A stretch of DNA of 64,000 bases from an uncultured delta proteobacterium (GTDB lineage Bacteria > Desulfobacterota > Binatia > UBA9968), in assembly GCA_963771465.1 (NCBI GenBank), contig CAVYTU010000004.1, forward strand, positions 1 through 64,000. The letters are read 5' to 3'. Position 1 is the first letter of the stretch; the number at the start of each line of letters is the position of its first letter. A program made the position numbers and the translations under genes. The notes under the pieces are model-generated. The model was not told the origin of the DNA. It worked only from the letters and a program-made list of their open reading frames with translations, and ran no database searches. Shown here in pieces: positions 61,052 through 64,000 of this stretch.

Positions 61052-62376
61052 AAGTCGACTGATTGCCTCCCGAAGCGCGCGACGAGATACTCGTCCATGC
61101 GCGCCCGTAAGGAATCGATCTTTATCCGGCCGACCAGATCGCTGGCGAAAGCGAAGGTGAGTAGGCTCTTTGCCTCGTCCATGCCAATGCCGCGCGAGCG
61201 GAGATAAAACAGCGCATCGCCGTCCATTTGGCCAATGGTCGAACCGTGACTGCATTTGACGTCATCGGCGTAGATTTCTAACTGCGGCTTGGTATTCACC
61301 ACCGCGTTCTCGGACAGGAGCAAGTTCTTGTTGGTTTGCCGCGCATCGGTTTTCTGCGCGTCTTTATGCACGACGATCCTGCCGTTAAATACTCCATGGG
61401 CGCTGCCGCTAAGAATACCTTTGTAGAGCTCCAAACTGCTGGCGCGCGGCTTGAGATGCTCGATCTCCGTGAAGTTATCGATATGTTGTTTGCCGTTGGC
61501 CAAATACAAACCATTGAGCACGCACGCGGAACCTTCCCCATTGAGCGTGACTCGAACGTTGTTACGCACCAACGCCCCACTTAAACTCACCGCATGTGCC
61601 GTCAGGTGGCAGCCGCGCTCGAGGTTCGCTTCCAAAGCGCTAACGTGGAAACCCGTATCGCTCTCTTGTTGTAGCCGATAGTGCTCGATGATGGAATCCG
61701 GCCCGCCGACCAGTTCGGTCACCGCGTTACAAAAATATCCGCCATCCAAGCCCAAATAACTCTCGACGATCTTGGCCTCGCTGCCGGCACCGAGCAAGAT
61801 CAGCGTTCGCGGGTGCGACACGACGGGTTGGTTCGTCGCGGTGGAAACGAATACCAGGTAGATCGGCTGAACGGCGCGGCAGCCCGCGGCGATCGAAACC
61901 ACCGCCCCATCTTCGAGGAATGCGGTATTCAAAGCGACAAACGGCTGGCGCCGACCACTGGCATAATGCCCCAAACGCGCCGCCGCCGTGGCGTCATCTG
62001 CTTTAATGAAATCGCCCAGACGCTTGACCATCACGCCGCGCTCAAGCATCGCGGAGTTAGATAACTCCTCGTTGTAGACCCCATTGACGAAGACTAGCCG
62101 CGGTGCGGCCGGGTCGGCCATCGAGCGCGCGACGATATCGCTCGCGCTAACAAGCTTCGCTTCGCCGTTGGCGCGGGCAAAACTTTGCGCTGCAATGGGT
62201 TCGACGTTGGTGTACTTCCATTCTTCGTTCTTAGTCGTCGGGAACCCGAGCTGGTCAAAGTCTGCCATGCCGGCTTCACGCAACTCGCTGAGCCATGCGG
62301 GATCGCGCCTCGCCGTATGAGACTGCGCCTGCTGGTAAGCGGCGAGATATCGCTCTTTGCTTTCGCTCGTAATCAT
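61048..62376 (-). CDS. sufD: Fe-S assembly protein SufD
   Basis: [36 protein letters not shown]. Confidence 0.93.
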   Translation of the reverse strand: MITSESKERYLAAYQQAQSHTARRDPAWLSELREAGMADFDQLGFPTTKNEEWKYTNVEPIAAQSFARANGEAKLVSASDIVARSMADPAAPRLVFVNGVYNEELSNSAMLERGVMVKRLGDFIKADDATAAARLGHYASGRRQPFVALNTAFLEDGAVVSIAAGCRAVQPIYLVFVSTATNQPVVSHPRTLILLGAGSEAKIVESYLGLDGGYFCNAVTELVGGPDSIIEHYRLQQESDTGFHVSALEANLERGCHLTAHAVSLSGALVRNNVRVTLNGEGSACVLNGLYLANGKQHIDNFTEIEHLKPRASSLELYKGILSGSAHGVFNGRIVVHKDAQKTDARQTNKNLLLSENAVVNTKPQLEIYADDVKCSHGSTIGQMDGDALFYLRSRGIGMDEAKSLLTFAFASDLVGRIKIDSLRARMDEYLVARFGRQSVDL

Positions 62377-62400
62377 GACGCGCTGATTTTTTTCGGGGCG

Positions 62401-63159
62401 TTAGTGAATGGCGGCAACTTCGCTCTTGATCCAATCGTAGCCCTTGCGCTCAAGCTCTAGAGCCAACTCTTTGGTTCCTGACTTGACGATACGCCCATCG
62501 TAAAGCACGTGGATAAAGTCCGGCACGATGTAATCGAGCAAACGCTGATAATGGGTGATCACCACCATGGCGCGGTCGTTGCGCCTGAGCGCGTTGACGC
62601 CGTTGGCGACGACCCTCAGTGCGTCGATGTCCAATCCCGAATCGGTCTCATCGAGCAACGCCAAAGCCGGATCGAGCACGGCCATCTGCAAGATCTCGTT
62701 GCGCTTCTTCTCACCGCCGGAAAAGCCTTCGTTGAGCGGGCGGTTGGCGAGCACCTGATCCATTTCGACTAGCTTCATTTTGTCTTTGATGAGCGTCAGA
62801 AACTCCATGGCATCGAGCTCTTCGAGGCCGCGATGTTTGCGGATTGAGTTGAGCGCCGCCTTAAGAAAGTAGGTCGTGCTCACGCCGGGAATTTCGACCG
62901 GGTACTGAAACGCCAAAAACACCCCTTCACGGGCGCGCACTTCCGGACTCATGACGAGAAGATCTTTACCCAGATAAGTTACCGAACCGCCGGTGACTTC
63001 ATAGTTCTCACGGCCCGACAACACATGCGCTAAAGTGCTCTTGCCCGAACCGTTGGGACCCATGATTGCGTGCACTTCGCCGGCGCCGACGTGAAGATCG
63101 ATGCCGCGTAAAATTTCCTTGTCGCCGACCCGCGCTCGCAAGCCTTTAATATCGAGCAT
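62401..63159 (-). CDS. sufC: Fe-S assembly ATPase SufC
   Basis: GPNGSGKS, FQYPVEIPGV, FSGGEKKRNE, DETDSGLD. Confidence 0.98.
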   Translation of the reverse strand: MLDIKGLRARVGDKEILRGIDLHVGAGEVHAIMGPNGSGKSTLAHVLSGRENYEVTGGSVTYLGKDLLVMSPEVRAREGVFLAFQYPVEIPGVSTTYFLKAALNSIRKHRGLEELDAMEFLTLIKDKMKLVEMDQVLANRPLNEGFSGGEKKRNEILQMAVLDPALALLDETDSGLDIDALRVVANGVNALRRNDRAMVVITHYQRLLDYIVPDFIHVLYDGRIVKSGTKELALELERKGYDWIKSEVAAIH

Positions 63160-63616
63160 TCACTAACCCTTTGTCGGGCTGCGGTGTTCGTCCCAGCCGT
63201 TGTTTTAGTCCCTGGCGATCGGCGATGCTGGCGATTGTCACACCCGCGAGAAAATTGGCCAACACCGACTGCGCTTCTTGCCAAATCGATTTTTGCAGAC
63301 AGACGGCGCAGAACGAACAATAATCCTCGCCCTTGTCCAAGCACTCCATCAAGACCAGCGGCCGCTCGACCGACTCGTATACGTCTTTAATCGAGATTGC
63401 GCTCGCCACCTTCGCCAAAGTGAAGCCGCCCTTCGAGCCAATATGCGATTGCACCAATCCGCCGGCGACCAAATCCTTCATGATCTTGGAAAGATAAAAG
63501 GACGGAATATCCTGGCTCTTTTCAATGTCAGTGCGGCTCACTACCCGGCCTTCCGATTGACCCGCGAGAAAAGACAGGGCCCTGACGGCGTAGTCGACGC
63601 GGCGCCCGACATTCAT
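63146..63616 (-). CDS. Rrf2-family regulator with Cys cluster
   Basis: DYAVRAL, YLSKI, GSKGGF, C-x7-C-x2-C-x2-C. Alternative start GTG 63655. Confidence 0.93.
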   Translation of the reverse strand: MNVGRRVDYAVRALSFLAGQSEGRVVSRTDIEKSQDIPSFYLSKIMKDLVAGGLVQSHIGSKGGFTLAKVASAISIKDVYESVERPLVLMECLDKGEDYCSFCAVCLQKSIWQEAQSVLANFLAGVTIASIADRQGLKQRLGRTPQPDKGLVNARY

Positions 63617-63662
63617 CAACGAACTGCGCTCGTTTCTTGGCTTTGTCCGCTTCACGATTTCA

Positions 63663-63692
63663 AATATAGACTCTGTAGGTCTCCAATGTCAA
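63663..63692 (-). promoter_or_regulatory. sigma70 promoter of the suf operon with an internal AGAC-N7-GTCT inverted repeat
   Basis: Minus strand TTGACA-18 bp-TATATT; inverted repeat at 63668-63682. Confidence 0.7.
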
Positions 63693-63925
63693 TATAGTGG
63701 CGCGACTCTCGGTACATACGATGCACCGGCGAAATTTCGGGATATCTTCATCAGCAAATCTCGCCCGACAAACAATACACCGCGTCGCCGTACGTAAAAA
63801 TAGTTCCGTAGCGCGAACTATCTACTCGCCGGACGGCAACCTGCCGCAAGCTAGGTTTACTGCAAATAATCACTGCAGGGTGATGCCGCGGAAGAAACTG
63901 CCAAAAGGGCAGTAGTTACGCGCCA

Positions 63926-63941
63926 TGGCACCCTTCGTGCT
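63926..63941 (+). promoter_or_regulatory. Putative sigma54 (-24/-12) promoter
   Basis: TGGCAC-ccttc-GTGCT with exact GG-N10-GC spacing, just upstream of ATG 63955. Confidence 0.6.
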
Positions 63942-63954
63942 CTCATAGCCAATC

Positions 63955-64000
63955 ATGCTGAACACCAACAAGAAGATTTTGATTGTCGACAGCAATGACG
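63955..64000 (+). CDS. Probable receiver-domain protein, 5' end only
   Basis: MLNTNKKILIVDSND resembles the first strand of a response-regulator receiver; only 15 codons visible. Confidence 0.5.
   Translation, partial: MLNTNKKILIVDSND

Overview
Bacterial chromosomal window, moderately GC-rich. Gene order (rpsA-sppA-ihfB-HIT; lysS-lolE-lolD-bamA-skp-lpxD-fabZ-lpxA-lpxI) suggests a deltaproteobacteria-like lineage, possibly Ca. Binatota; this is inference only. About 60 kb is housekeeping: lexA, an AAA+/VWA pair, the pheA-hisC-tyrA-aroA-cmk-rpsA run, ubiD, rpmB, rel, gmk, a large LPS core/lipid A/outer-membrane cluster, lysS, metF and an Rrf2-led SUF operon. The first ~3.8 kb, directly downstream of lexA, is a small accessory region. 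It holds a broken HEPN-like gene, a frameshifted IS3-family element, and an AT-richer two-gene cassette (TcmP-like methyltransferase-fold protein plus DUF5131 Cx6Cx2C radical-SAM-like protein) bracketed by 9-bp-period GTTC/GAAC repeat arrays. That cassette with its arrays is my best candidate for an uncharacterised system. Other oddities: a perfect 20-bp SOS-like palindrome in the lexA promoter; a SUF operon with no sufB that ends in a truncated globin with an atypical distal pocket; and decay of two methyltransferases and gmhB inside an otherwise intact LPS cluster. No tRNA, rRNA or CRISPR array was recognised. All product calls come from motif recognition by eye, not database searches. Some single-base frameshifts near the left edge may be sequencing errors.
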